DNA from: a virus
Taxonomy: Duplodnaviria > Heunggongvirae > Uroviricota > Caudoviricetes
Virus record (IMG/VR): IMGVR_UViG_3300029705_000029
Strand: one strand, 5' to 3'
Length of the DNA: 64,000 nt
Shown here piece by piece: positions 1 through 9,170 of the stretch. A program made the translations under genes and the position numbers. The notes under the pieces were generated by a model. It did not search any database and was not told the DNA's origin. It saw nothing but the letters and a program-made list of their open reading frames with translations. The number at the start of each line of letters is the position of its first letter. Within the stretch, counting starts at the first letter, position 1.

Positions 1-104
1 AATATGGTCGCCAGTCTGAAACTTGAATACAGTTCCTTTTTCGAGGCTGTGAAAAAATTTTGCATTCTCCGGTTTCTTAGTGATATTCATGTTGCATTTC
101 CTTT

Positions 105-320
105 CTATAGTACAATCAGTTCACAGTTGAAAGGGATGACTGATTCGTCTGCGTTGAAGCAATGCGTTGTTCCTTCTTCAAGGTTTACTGCATTGTGATA
201 ACTCGTTTGGCATGAGATTAGTGGTATTTTTATAAAATACTCTTCTCCATACTTGAATGTTGCGCCGACCCCAAGGTCTCCAAATTCAATACCACCCAAT
301 GCATTATCAATTATTTTCAT
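105..320 (-). CDS. hypothetical early protein
   Basis: ORF with GGAGGT RBS before ATG at 320; part of a closely packed minus-strand operon. Confidence 0.6.
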   Translation of the reverse strand: MKIIDNALGGIEFGDLGVGATFKYGEEYFIKIPLISCQTSYHNAVNLEEGTTHCFNADESVIPFNCELIVL

Positions 321-334
321 TTCTTTACCTCCAT

Positions 335-535
335 TCACCACGGAAAAATCCATGAATCATATTGTTTGATACTAATTTCACCGTTACGACAAAGCGAGTC
401 AACGAAGATTTCCCATTCGTACTGCACTGCAAGTCTATCTTTCTTGATAGCTTGATGCAAGTTTTCTTTATCTCCGTAGTAAGATTCTACGAAGAGCTGA
501 GTTGCTTCTGCCTTCTTCATTGGACCATAGTCCAT
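335..535 (-). CDS. hypothetical early protein
   Basis: AAGGAG RBS, start MDYGPMKK; abuts neighbours. Confidence 0.6.
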   Translation of the reverse strand: MDYGPMKKAEATQLFVESYYGDKENLHQAIKKDRLAVQYEWEIFVDSLCRNGEISIKQYDSWIFPW

Positions 536-536
536 G

Positions 537-923
537 TTATTCATCTCCTTCGCAAAGCATTCTTGCGGCCTCCTTGAGGACGCATACACATTCGGATGGA
601 CTGTATGTTCTGATGTCCTTGCGCACAAACAAGTTTGCAATACCTACGCGCATTCGCTTGTATTCAAGCACTTTTGTCTTGTTGTCTGCCTTTGGGTGAA
701 ATCCAGATGCTGCATCCCACACTCGAAGTGGAGTGTTATTGAAGTTGATATCTGTTTTGTATTTCTCTTTGAGGTAGTCAAGCTCAAACGGAATGTAATA
801 CTTAACATTATCAAATCCAAGCTTGTCTATTACACGGCGCATGTAATCACGCCATGATATTTCCTGACCTGTGTCAAGATCTCTGTAGTAGGAATCCACA
901 TTTGCAAACTCTTTAAGAGTCAT
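537..923 (-). CDS. hypothetical early protein
   Basis: 128-aa ORF with AAGGAG RBS, in operon. Confidence 0.7.
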   Translation of the reverse strand: MTLKEFANVDSYYRDLDTGQEISWRDYMRRVIDKLGFDNVKYYIPFELDYLKEKYKTDINFNNTPLRVWDAASGFHPKADNKTKVLEYKRMRVGIANLFVRKDIRTYSPSECVCVLKEAARMLCEGDE

Positions 924-925
924 GT

Positions 926-2047
926 TTATTTCTCCTTTCTCTTACTGAATTTCTTGTTGAATGCTTCAATTGCTTCGCGCTGCTCTTCATTGCAAGGAGT
1001 ATTGTATGCCTGGAAAGCCTGCACAATTTCTCCGTTGCGCACTTCAATGGTTACTACACTCTTAGTGGGATTGTCTTTCTTACGCAAGAACAGAATATCA
1101 CAACCACCATTGATTACGCGCTCAATGTAGCTTGCGACGCAATTCTGTTGCTGAACTGCTTCATCCTTGATATCCTGAGTGCAACGAGGATAGAAGAACT
1201 TGTAATCTCCGTGAGTGATTTCATATTCAGGCTTGATTTGCTTTGCAAAGTTCCGTTCGTCGAACTGGTGCTTCAAGCGCTCAAAGTTTCTAGCTGCAAT
1301 CTTGTGAGTGCTCAGGAAGTAACGAGGATATTTTTCAAACTTGTTGCTGATAAGTGACATCATGTTTGCGTAGTCACCAATTTCTCTTACAAGACCGTAT
1401 GTGTTCAGTCCTTCAAGGGTGAGCAAGTAGTCAATGTAGCGCAAAAGTGCCTTGAGGTCGTAGTTGAGGTGGTGAAGCAAACGGCAAGATGCATCATATC
1501 CGTAGTAATCACGAGGAGTGAGCGCATTCAAGATGCCCCAAAGCTCATTGTCAGTTAGAGTTTCAAATTCCATTGAGAAAGCGACAGTGTAGGCGTCCGG
1601 CATTTTCTTGTAGCTGTTAATCAGCTCTCTATTGAGCGATTTATTGTACGTTCTGCACAGCTTCAGAAGTCCCTTGGGCACTTCCTTTAACGGAATGCTA
1701 ATATCCCAATCTGCCTTGAGCCCCGCAATGTAATACTGTTCGTAAGTCTTGTATTCATTTGCGTATTTGAGCAGAGTGCCCAAATTTGTTACACGACTCT
1801 TGCTATTGTAATATCTGTATGTGTGCGGCGTTTTGTGCTGCCATACTTCAATCAAAAATCCACGATATTTTTCATCCGTAAACGAATTGAGAATGTCCAT
1901 GATTTCCATTCCAGCAAGTGCGCTGGTAAGAGTTTTAACAGGATAACCTCCCTTGCCAATGGTTTCACCAGTATTCATGTTGTAGGTTGCACGCTTTCCG
2001 TTCTCGAAATCAAATATGATGAGTTCTTTTTCTTTATAGCACTTCAT
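926..2047 (-). CDS. PcfJ domain protein
   Basis: C-terminal DIKDEAVQQQNCVASY...ILFLRKK...VVTIEVRNGEIVQ matches the PcfJ-like motif; start moved to ATG 2047 behind AAGGAG. Confidence 0.8.
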   Translation of the reverse strand: MKCYKEKELIIFDFENGKRATYNMNTGETIGKGGYPVKTLTSALAGMEIMDILNSFTDEKYRGFLIEVWQHKTPHTYRYYNSKSRVTNLGTLLKYANEYKTYEQYYIAGLKADWDISIPLKEVPKGLLKLCRTYNKSLNRELINSYKKMPDAYTVAFSMEFETLTDNELWGILNALTPRDYYGYDASCRLLHHLNYDLKALLRYIDYLLTLEGLNTYGLVREIGDYANMMSLISNKFEKYPRYFLSTHKIAARNFERLKHQFDERNFAKQIKPEYEITHGDYKFFYPRCTQDIKDEAVQQQNCVASYIERVINGGCDILFLRKKDNPTKSVVTIEVRNGEIVQAFQAYNTPCNEEQREAIEAFNKKFSKRKEK

Positions 2048-2108
2048 GCTGTCATTCTCCTTTGCTAGGGGTGAGGTTTTGCGCCCCACCCCATAGTCGT
2101 TGTTTGCC

Positions 2109-2672
2109 TTATGCGATGTAATTTGCGCCGCAAATAGGACAAATGCTATCTTCATGCGTTACAGGATTTTCAACGAGTTCATCATTGTCAATCCAGTTTC
2201 CGCAATGTTCGCACTTGGTGACAGTTCCCTTTTCCCACAGGTCATCAAGGCACTCTTCGCATACCACATACTCTGCGCCAATTCCCTTGTTGACCACAGT
2301 TGCATATTCCTTGACGATAATCTGACCGCATTCATCGCAGGTAACAACTGCAGGCTTAGGTTCATGTTTCTCTTCAGGCTTCGTTTCATATACAAAGACC
2401 ATGCTGCTCAGGATTTCAGACTTGTTGCTCCAATTGCGCTGCATTTCCTTGATGGTTTCCGTTACGTCAAAATTTCCATCAATCTGCACATTGGCATCTA
2501 CTTCATAAAGGTCATATTCCTTGTAGGTCGTGTTTCCATCACAGGATGCCATGAAACTGCCGCTTCGCAGTCCAAGAGTTTTCGCAAACTCCATGAGTTC
2601 TCGCTTGCAAATCATTTCCGCAGTGTTGGTGCTGATTGCCTTGACCGTGAGGATGATGTTCAGAGTCTTCAT
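2109..2672 (-). CDS. Zn-finger protein (four CxxC pairs)
   Basis: CDEC, CEEC, CEHC, CPIC in the C-terminal half; RBS present. Confidence 0.7.
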   Translation of the reverse strand: MKTLNIILTVKAISTNTAEMICKRELMEFAKTLGLRSGSFMASCDGNTTYKEYDLYEVDANVQIDGNFDVTETIKEMQRNWSNKSEILSSMVFVYETKPEEKHEPKPAVVTCDECGQIIVKEYATVVNKGIGAEYVVCEECLDDLWEKGTVTKCEHCGNWIDNDELVENPVTHEDSICPICGANYIA

Positions 2673-2720
2673 GATGTCATTTCTCCTTTTGATGTTGTGT
2701 ATTATTAACAGACTGTGCTG

Positions 2721-2924
2721 TTAATCTCCCTTGCAATTAGAACAGTATACATTTCCCTCGTCGTCAATGAATGCACTGGGCAGCGCCATAGTCATAGTGC
2801 AACAGCTGCATTCCACAACCAGAGGCAAACCACGCTTATGAAACCAAGTTCCGTCAGTCATTCCCTTGGGCATTTCTTCGTTGTAGTTGTCTTTGAGCCA
2901 CTTAGCAAAGGATTTCATTTGCAT
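2721..2924 (-). CDS. small Cys-rich hypothetical protein
   Basis: CSCC...CSNC; start overlaps upstream stop. Confidence 0.6.
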   Translation of the reverse strand: MQMKSFAKWLKDNYNEEMPKGMTDGTWFHKRGLPLVVECSCCTMTMALPSAFIDDEGNVYCSNCKGD

Positions 2925-3259
2925 TATCTCCCTTCTACATGCTGCATGAGCTTTTCCATATTGAACTGGAATTCGGGATATACACAGAAACCACTTGCCT
3001 TGAGGTTTCCAGTGGGATGGCCAATTTCGTTTTCACAAAGCCATTCAATGATTTCGTTTCCATTGTTGTTGGTATCAATGAATGCACAGTTCGGTTCACA
3101 TTTAACACCGAGATTCACAGTGAGATTCTGCCAAGGCTCAGGATATCCTTCTTCGTGAGTGATGAGACCCACATAAAGATTTCCGTTTTCGAGGTAAGTG
3201 TCAATGTCAAAGGTCATAGGATGTTTCTTTCCGTATTTGTTAAGGATGATTGCTTTCAT
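2924..3259 (-). CDS. DUF4313 family protein
   Basis: Y.ENGNLYVGL...EPWQNLTVNL...AFIDTNN...SGFCVYP pattern. Confidence 0.75.
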   Translation of the reverse strand: MKAIILNKYGKKHPMTFDIDTYLENGNLYVGLITHEEGYPEPWQNLTVNLGVKCEPNCAFIDTNNNGNEIIEWLCENEIGHPTGNLKASGFCVYPEFQFNMEKLMQHVEGR

Positions 3260-3262
3260 TTT

Positions 3263-3529
3263 TTATTCCTCCCTTTTAGTTTCTGGTTTATCATAGGCAA
3301 GCTCGAAGCTAAATCGACCAACATGCCATTCCCTTAAACTTTCAATTGTGTTGCGTATAATTTCAAGCTCTCCAAAGAAATGTACTGCTTCATCGACAGG
3401 AATGTGGACATGAAAAATTTCGCTTTTCCTTCCTCTGCTGCCTATTTTTACTACTGTAACATTAATGTACGTTGCACCATCAAGAAATCCCATTTCTTCA
3501 AGAGAGTTGATAGTATCTTTCAGTTTCAT
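3263..3529 (-). CDS. hypothetical early protein
   Basis: GAGGT RBS, start MKLKDT. Confidence 0.6.
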   Translation of the reverse strand: MKLKDTINSLEEMGFLDGATYINVTVVKIGSRGRKSEIFHVHIPVDEAVHFFGELEIIRNTIESLREWHVGRFSFELAYDKPETKREE

Positions 3530-3533
3530 ATCG

Positions 3534-3857
3534 TTACCTCTTATTCTTGATTTCCCTTTCGTATTCGTCATCATCAATACGCTTTACCAGAGCAAGGATT
3601 TCCCTCCAGCACATACAGCATGCGACAAAGAATATCAGCTTGTCTTTGAATGTTTCCTTTGCGTTGCCGTTTGCCTTCAGTTCGTCCAGACGCTTCTTGT
3701 GCGCTCTGTACCTCAGCAACTTTTCTCCATCTCGCTTGTCGTGCTGACGCTTAATCTCCGTGCTCACAATGCTTTTCATCAGTTCCAAATCTCCCTTTCC
3801 ACGAATTTCTACATTTCCGTTGCTACGGATAATAGCTACAGTTGCGAGGTTAGTCAT
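3534..3857 (-). CDS. hypothetical early protein
   Basis: ORF in operon, overlaps upstream stop. Confidence 0.6.
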   Translation of the reverse strand: MTNLATVAIIRSNGNVEIRGKGDLELMKSIVSTEIKRQHDKRDGEKLLRYRAHKKRLDELKANGNAKETFKDKLIFFVACCMCWREILALVKRIDDDEYEREIKNKR

Positions 3858-4089
3858 TTTCTTCTCCCTTCAGCCATTTGGCATACAATTCATTCACGTT
3901 GTCGTTGGGAATTACTTCTTTCGCTTCCAGAGTCAGCATGTAACCACCAAAGTAACTGCCGCAAGGACTGTCACACAGGTTTACCTTGCCGTCGTAGTTG
4001 CCGCACAGATAGACCAAGTAAATGAATTCCCTCATTTCGCTTTCGGTCATGCGCTTGATGCGTTCGTACATGGTTTCCATTGCTGTCAT
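3850..4089 (-). CDS. hypothetical early protein
   Basis: AGGGAG RBS. Confidence 0.6.
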   Translation of the reverse strand: MTAMETMYERIKRMTESEMREFIYLVYLCGNYDGKVNLCDSPCGSYFGGYMLTLEAKEVIPNDNVNELYAKWLKGEEND

Positions 4090-4181
4090 CTCCCTTTGTT
4101 GTATTTGAGTTTAGCTGTTAAGCCAAGCCCATAATGAAACCCACAAGTTTGTGCAACCTGTGGGTTTGATATAGGTTTCGC

Positions 4182-4562
4182 TTATTCAATCAAGATATAG
4201 TCGAACCTGTAAAGAATGTCATCATAGTAATCAGTGTAAGGGTTGTATACGCAGTATGTGAGGATTACGTTTCCCTTCTGCGCACCCTCTACGTACTTGT
4301 AGCTGATGTAATTGAATTGCTCTGGCGCATTGAGAATCTTGCCATTTCCGTTGTTATCGGTTACAATGCCAATGATTTTCTCAATGATTAGCTTTCCGTT
4401 GCGGTTTTCAAGCATTTCTGTTGTGAGGTCTGCGCTGTCGATTACTTGTATGATGTTGAGATTATCTGTTATTTCCCTATAGTAATCAACATCTTCCGCA
4501 TGTGCAGTGTAGGTGATTACCATGATGGCGAGTAAGAGTATTGCGGTGAGTTTGCGCTTCAT
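4182..4562 (-). CDS. secreted/exported hypothetical protein
   Basis: Signal peptide MKRKLTAILLLAIMVITYTAHA with an AxA site; GGAGGT RBS. Confidence 0.7.
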   Translation of the reverse strand: MKRKLTAILLLAIMVITYTAHAEDVDYYREITDNLNIIQVIDSADLTTEMLENRNGKLIIEKIIGIVTDNNGNGKILNAPEQFNYISYKYVEGAQKGNVILTYCVYNPYTDYYDDILYRFDYILIE

Positions 4563-4578
4563 TTCCGTTGCACCTCCC

Positions 4579-4764
4579 TTAGTACCATTTGCGTTGCGCT
4601 GCCTTTTTGCGACGCAAGCATTCGTTGAGGTACATGTTGAGTCCGTCAGTTGCCTTGGTGCACACTTTGTTTGCCTTTACTTTTGCCTTGCCATATGCCT
4701 TGTATGCGTCATGTGCAACGGCTCCTGTCATTGCGGCTGCGCCGATCAGTATTATAATGCTCAT
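4579..4764 (-). CDS. small membrane-anchored hypothetical protein
   Basis: Hydrophobic N-terminus, basic C-terminus. Confidence 0.55.
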   Translation of the reverse strand: MSIIILIGAAAMTGAVAHDAYKAYGKAKVKANKVCTKATDGLNMYLNECLRRKKAAQRKWY

Positions 4765-5378
4765 GCTTTTACCTTCCCTTCCAGTTTCATAAGATTCATT
4801 TCTGCTTCATGCAGTTCATTTTCTGTTTCCATCAGACGAGATACACGACGCTGGAGCTCATCGTTTGCCTGCTCAACCAAGCGCTGACGTCTGCACAGTC
4901 TTGCATTGAGCGTTTCAATCAGTTCCCTTGCGTCATTGAGCGACTTGTTGTATGCTTCTTCTGCCTTGCGCTTTGCTTCCCTTTCTGCCTTCCATGCAAG
5001 GTATTCTTCAAGTTCATCGTTGGGAATGGCGTTCTTTGCCTTTTCCTTTTCGAGTTCGTCCATGAGATAGCTTGCGTGCTCCATGAGCAGGTCAGCACAC
5101 TCTTCGGGATGGTGCGCATAAGCCAACTTACACGTTCCGATGAAGCGGATTCTATTTCCGTTCTCGTCACGTTCGTACATTCTGAGAGCAGTCGTTCTTC
5201 TCTTGAGGACGTCAAGTACTGTGTTAATTGATACACCAAAGTACTCTGCTGCATCCGTGCAACTGTTGAAAGTCTTGTGAATGTCGATTGCAATGACGGG
5301 CTTACAACAGGCGCTGTTTCGCTTTCCTGCGCTGGTAAGGGTTGCCTTGTTCTGAACGGTAATGATGGTCTTCTGCAT
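4761..5378 (-). CDS. NUMOD1-like HTH DNA-binding protein with C-terminal coiled coil
   Basis: KPVIAIDIHKTFNSCTDAAEYFGVS resembles NUMOD1/IENR1; heptad-rich C-terminus. Confidence 0.6.
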   Translation of the reverse strand: MQKTIITVQNKATLTSAGKRNSACCKPVIAIDIHKTFNSCTDAAEYFGVSINTVLDVLKRRTTALRMYERDENGNRIRFIGTCKLAYAHHPEECADLLMEHASYLMDELEKEKAKNAIPNDELEEYLAWKAEREAKRKAEEAYNKSLNDARELIETLNARLCRRQRLVEQANDELQRRVSRLMETENELHEAEMNLMKLEGKVKA

Positions 5379-5474
5379 GATGTCTACCTTCCTTTCGCTT
5401 TACAAGCGTTATGTCGTGGATATGCTTAGCACTCCATGGGACTCGGTGGCGTGTGTCACTGAGTCCTAGCAATG

Positions 5475-5654
5475 TTATGCAAGTACGAACGTGAGTACGT
5501 CTTTGTGTGCGCTTGCTATGGCACAGTTTTTACAGTTGTTGTGCCTACCTGTCGTGCTGCACCTGTTACAGCTATAGTGTAGTGCTTTCTTTGCTGCATT
5601 TACTGTCCTTGCTTCGTACTGTCGTTCAACACCTCTTTCTTCAAATATTGACAT
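5475..5654 (-). CDS. small Cys-rich hypothetical protein
   Basis: AAGGAGG RBS, start MSIFEERG; CNRC/CKNC. Confidence 0.6.
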   Translation of the reverse strand: MSIFEERGVERQYEARTVNAAKKALHYSCNRCSTTGRHNNCKNCAIASAHKDVLTFVLA

Positions 5655-5677
5655 GGTTGATTCCTCCTTAACTGGGG

Positions 5678-5854
5678 TTATCCCCAATACTGATTTTCCA
5701 AAGCTTCCAGAGCCTTCTTCAGTACCTTCTGCTCCTTGCGAAGACAGTGGTATTCAGGGCTGGTCTTGTTCTTACAAACCAAGAGCTTCTTGCGGTTGTG
5801 CTCAATGGCGCTGTAGAGTTCGTCACGCTTGTCAGTGTATTCGGTCATGAACAT
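5678..5854 (-). CDS. small hypothetical protein (58 aa, below the ORF-track cutoff)
   Basis: AAGGAGG RBS then MFMTEYTDKRDELY...QYWG*. Confidence 0.6.
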   Translation of the reverse strand: MFMTEYTDKRDELYSAIEHNRKKLLVCKNKTSPEYHCLRKEQKVLKKALEALENQYWG

Positions 5855-5930
5855 AATTTATTCCTCCTTCTCTGGACTTATAAGCCCATAATTGGATAGT
5901 CCGACATTAGCCGAACTAGCCTATATAGGT

Positions 5931-6110
5931 TTACAGAACCCATGCCGTATTGCCATCATTAAGCATAGCCATAATGCCTGGTACATAGTAGTCGTCGCAG
6001 TCCATATACGCAACACGGGCATCCAGGGCGTCATGGATTGAGTCATACTCTTCGAAAGTTCCATGGCGATAGTAGACACGATACTTGACAATCATTCGTG
6101 TAGCACCCAT
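5931..6110 (-). CDS. small hypothetical protein (59 aa, below the ORF-track cutoff)
   Basis: AGGAGGT RBS then MGATRMIVKYRVYY...AWVL*. Confidence 0.55.
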   Translation of the reverse strand: MGATRMIVKYRVYYRHGTFEEYDSIHDALDARVAYMDCDDYYVPGIMAMLNDGNTAWVL

Positions 6111-6127
6111 ATAAACACCTCCTGAGT

Positions 6128-6271
6128 TTATTCATACCTATCGGTCTGCCCCATGAATTCGATGTACGTATAGCCATCGGCATAATAGGGCTTCAGATTG
6201 CACATGATGAAACGGTACTCTGCGAACATCAGAGCGAGAACGAGCAGAGTGATTGCGATAAACTTCTTCAT
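6128..6271 (-). CDS. small membrane/secreted protein (47 aa)
   Basis: MKKFIAITLLVLALMFA..., GAGGT RBS. Confidence 0.5.
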   Translation of the reverse strand: MKKFIAITLLVLALMFAEYRFIMCNLKPYYADGYTYIEFMGQTDRYE

Positions 6272-6558
6272 GATACTACCTCATCAAATTTCATACCAAG
6301 ATAGGCTTCTACCAGCGCAGGGTCTACCATAGCAAGCTTACAGAATGTGCGCATGGCTTGAGGTTTTGGTTCGTGCCAACCAAAGAAGTCATAGTCTATG
6401 AGCATGTTGGACAGATATTCTACGAACTTATCAAAGTCGGGTTCGTCGTTGTGGACTTCTTGCGCTGCCCAGTACGCTCCACCCATTACGGCTACTGCAT
6501 TGTCGTGCTTGTCCTCTAATGCAAGAATATTGCGCTGGATGATGCTAGGGTTGAACAT
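6268..6558 (-). CDS. hypothetical early protein
   Basis: AGGAGGT RBS, start MFNPSII. Confidence 0.65.
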   Translation of the reverse strand: MFNPSIIQRNILALEDKHDNAVAVMGGAYWAAQEVHNDEPDFDKFVEYLSNMLIDYDFFGWHEPKPQAMRTFCKLAMVDPALVEAYLGMKFDEVVS

Positions 6559-6560
6559 GA

Positions 6561-6809
6561 TTATCTCACCTCCTGTTCTATACATGACACATAGATATCT
6601 AGATTGCCGGACTGGTAGTTAAACTCCAGGTCATCCATCTCACGGATATCAGCTTGGCTAATATTGTGGTAATGTCCTCGTGCCATGCTAATTATTGCGG
6701 ATATGGCTACGCTTTTAGCCTTGTCCCTAGTTGCATAAACTCCATGCAAACTATTGGACTGGTGTCCTTGAATAATAGAATCACTGATAACAACATAAAC
6801 TTTTGACAT
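6561..6809 (-). CDS. hypothetical early protein
   Basis: AGGAG RBS; KVYVV...LHGVYATRDKA pattern common in small phage proteins. Confidence 0.65.
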   Translation of the reverse strand: MSKVYVVISDSIIQGHQSNSLHGVYATRDKAKSVAISAIISMARGHYHNISQADIREMDDLEFNYQSGNLDIYVSCIEQEVR

Positions 6810-7018
6810 AATACATCACTCCTATGGTTAGATTATTTATGTCGTTACCTATGATGTCTGTGGTGTGGGTCTCAGACCATGCCATAACACCACATATGGC
6901 AGGAATGTCTGGAGCTAATCCCAGACTAAGCAACTCTAGGTGATGCCCGAAGGCATTGGAAAAGAGCCTGTTTAGGGCACAGACTCTTTAGGAAGCCCAC
7001 TAATTTTGTATTGTTGGA

Positions 7019-7852
7019 TTACTTTGCTTCAGCTTCAACCTTCTTAGCTTCTTTAATCTTCTTGTCCTGCTTTCTGCCGCCCTGAATCTGTGCATCCTCC
7101 TTCTCCAGCTGTTCATCGGTCATGGAGTTACGTGCGCCCAGCAGGTCTGCCATTGCATCTTCAATGTCCTTACGGGTAGAGTCGGGTGCATGCTTCAAGT
7201 CCTTACCTCTGGTGTTGGTCATAGGATTCTTGTAGTCCTTGTAGCACTGCCATGCTTCCTTGCCAATGGCTTTCTTCACTTCCTTGAGTCTTTCCAGTTC
7301 GGCATTGAGAACATTCAGCTGAAGGTTGGTGTGGTTCTGGTCAACGGATGCCACAAAGAACTTGATAATGGCATTGTAGTAGTCCTGCGTATCTGCGCTG
7401 AAGTATTCAGTCTGCATGGTTGCAGAGTCTACAGCCTTGGGGAACAGCACGGACTCGGGATTGTTAATGTCTGCACCAGACACATAGCATGCCCATTCAA
7501 TAGCCTTCTTGAAAGTGCGTTCCTCCTTCTCTGCGTCACGGTACTTCTTGGACTTGATAACCTTGTAGGGAATTACCCTAAAGAACTGGGCACAGTATGC
7601 GTCAAGGGACAGAATGCGAGTGTCACATCCTACAAAGGTGAACAGTCTGTGCAGTGCAGAACGGAACTCTGCAAAGGTGCCGGACTCAGTGGGGGACAAG
7701 TACTTATAGGTAGTGCTTGCAATGTCGTCACAGATAGACAGATAGGTTGCCCATTCTGCCTTAGTAAATTCTTCCTTGTCAAGCTGTTCCATGATGGAAC
7801 GGTTGTCAATCATCATTTCGCCGTATTCATTGTAATTGGTATGAGTTGCCAT
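7019..7852 (-). CDS. first gene of the early operon, unknown function (277 aa)
   Basis: AGGAGGT RBS and strongly biased codons. Confidence 0.8.
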   Translation of the reverse strand: MATHTNYNEYGEMMIDNRSIMEQLDKEEFTKAEWATYLSICDDIASTTYKYLSPTESGTFAEFRSALHRLFTFVGCDTRILSLDAYCAQFFRVIPYKVIKSKKYRDAEKEERTFKKAIEWACYVSGADINNPESVLFPKAVDSATMQTEYFSADTQDYYNAIIKFFVASVDQNHTNLQLNVLNAELERLKEVKKAIGKEAWQCYKDYKNPMTNTRGKDLKHAPDSTRKDIEDAMADLLGARNSMTDEQLEKEDAQIQGGRKQDKKIKEAKKVEAEAK

Positions 7853-7864
7853 AGTATTACCTCC

Positions 7865-8451
7865 TGTGCGGGTTTACCGCTTATTATTGTTAGCCCATGT
7901 GGACTACTTACGACACACAATGATATACTATGTGTCCTAAGTAACCCACACGACATACTATCATAGTCCTTTGGAAGGGACTCTATTAAATCTTGATTGA
8001 TAGTATTGTGGGATTACTTGTCTATCAAAATATATACGGATACCGCTTTATATTCATAGACTCTACCGCCAGTTTATTCACACTCATGCCCCAATATTAT
8101 CCTATGGGGACTACTTCCTTTCACCTAAGTAGTATCTAAACATTCGGTTGGTCTGTGCTATGGATTAGAACCATACGATACACAGGCATTTAGGGTATTT
8201 TGTACTTGCGCCGTGTCATAGTTGCGAATGGGCAGACCTATGACATATGCGAATGAGCCAGCGTTTTCCTACTTTATGTGCCGTCACTCCTGTAAAGACT
8301 TGCAAAGGGTACTTGTTTTCGATTCATGCACATTGCTGTGGTAGATATATAGTTTTCAAAGAGCGAAAGTTGTATTGCGTCTAGGCTGTGGGCTATGGCT
8401 TGCGCCTACTGTAGGGCTTGCGCCCTGTGTCGTTGCCCTGTCGCTTTCGAC
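7865..8451 (-). ncRNA. long structured 5' leader of the early operon (or a separate ncRNA)
   Basis: No credible ORF; a continuous chain of hairpins on the minus strand between the promoter and the RBS. Confidence 0.5.
8351..8364 (-). promoter_or_regulatory. boxA antitermination element (Firmicutes rrn type)
   Basis: Minus strand GCTCTTTGAAAACT about 90 nt after the predicted TSS, preceded by GCAA-tetraloop hairpins. Confidence 0.6.
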
Positions 8452-8457
8452 ATGCTT

Positions 8458-8466
8458 ATTATAGCA
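8458..8466 (-). promoter_or_regulatory. sigma-A extended -10 promoter of the early operon
   Basis: TGcTATAAT on the minus strand; no good -35. Confidence 0.6.
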
Positions 8467-9104
8467 CAATTTTCACGACAAATATGTATTTGTTTTGATG
8501 TGTGTATTTATACAAAAATCCTGCATAAATTGCATAGGGGAGCATAAAACTACAGCTTTTTTGCATAAAAAGTGTATAAAGGAAAGGTGGTTTATTTACA
8601 CACTGACTGCAAAATACGCCATATATGTACACATATTCAGATATTGGCATGTCATCAGCGCATCCCTAAAACCACCCCATTATAATTAGCCAACCGCATG
8701 CGCACTTATTGATATTGCAACACCTCCAAATCATCAATGATCGCATCTTTATTTAAATTTTTTATTGTTTAATCCAACAACGAATCATTATCGTTTTTAC
8801 ACCTATTTTTTAAAAACACCTCGTTTATCGATAAACCGCAAATAAATCATTATTGCTTTCCATCAGTTTTCGCCCCGTAAAACAACCGCTTAACAAAGCA
8901 TAAATAAAACTACCATTAAACAGCAGCACTAAAAACCAACTAACAATTCATTGCGTTTTTTAAAAATTTCAAATCACCACTCATAAAAAACAAACCCCAA
9001 AAATCACTTAAAACATTTTCAAAATTTAAACCGACCCGCAAAACCCTCAATAAATCATTACCACTTTCACAGCAACACCACCCGGGGCACCTTCAAACTA
9101 CCTC

Positions 9105-9134
9105 TTGACAAACCATTCTTACGCATGCTATACT
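9105..9134 (+). promoter_or_regulatory. sigma-A promoter
   Basis: TTGACA-18 bp-TATACT with TG extension. Confidence 0.7.
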
Positions 9135-9170
9135 CTATCACACAATACAAAATTAATGGAGGTTATATGC

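Noticed and set aside
7865..8451. rRNA or tRNA downstream of boxA
   Set aside because: No 16S/23S signature or tRNA cloverleaf was recognised
1..8700. Plus-strand ORFs in the early arm (e.g. 2100-2708, 7190-7966) and minus-strand ORFs in the late region
   Set aside because: Antisense shadows of well-supported genes, with no RBS or recognisable motifs
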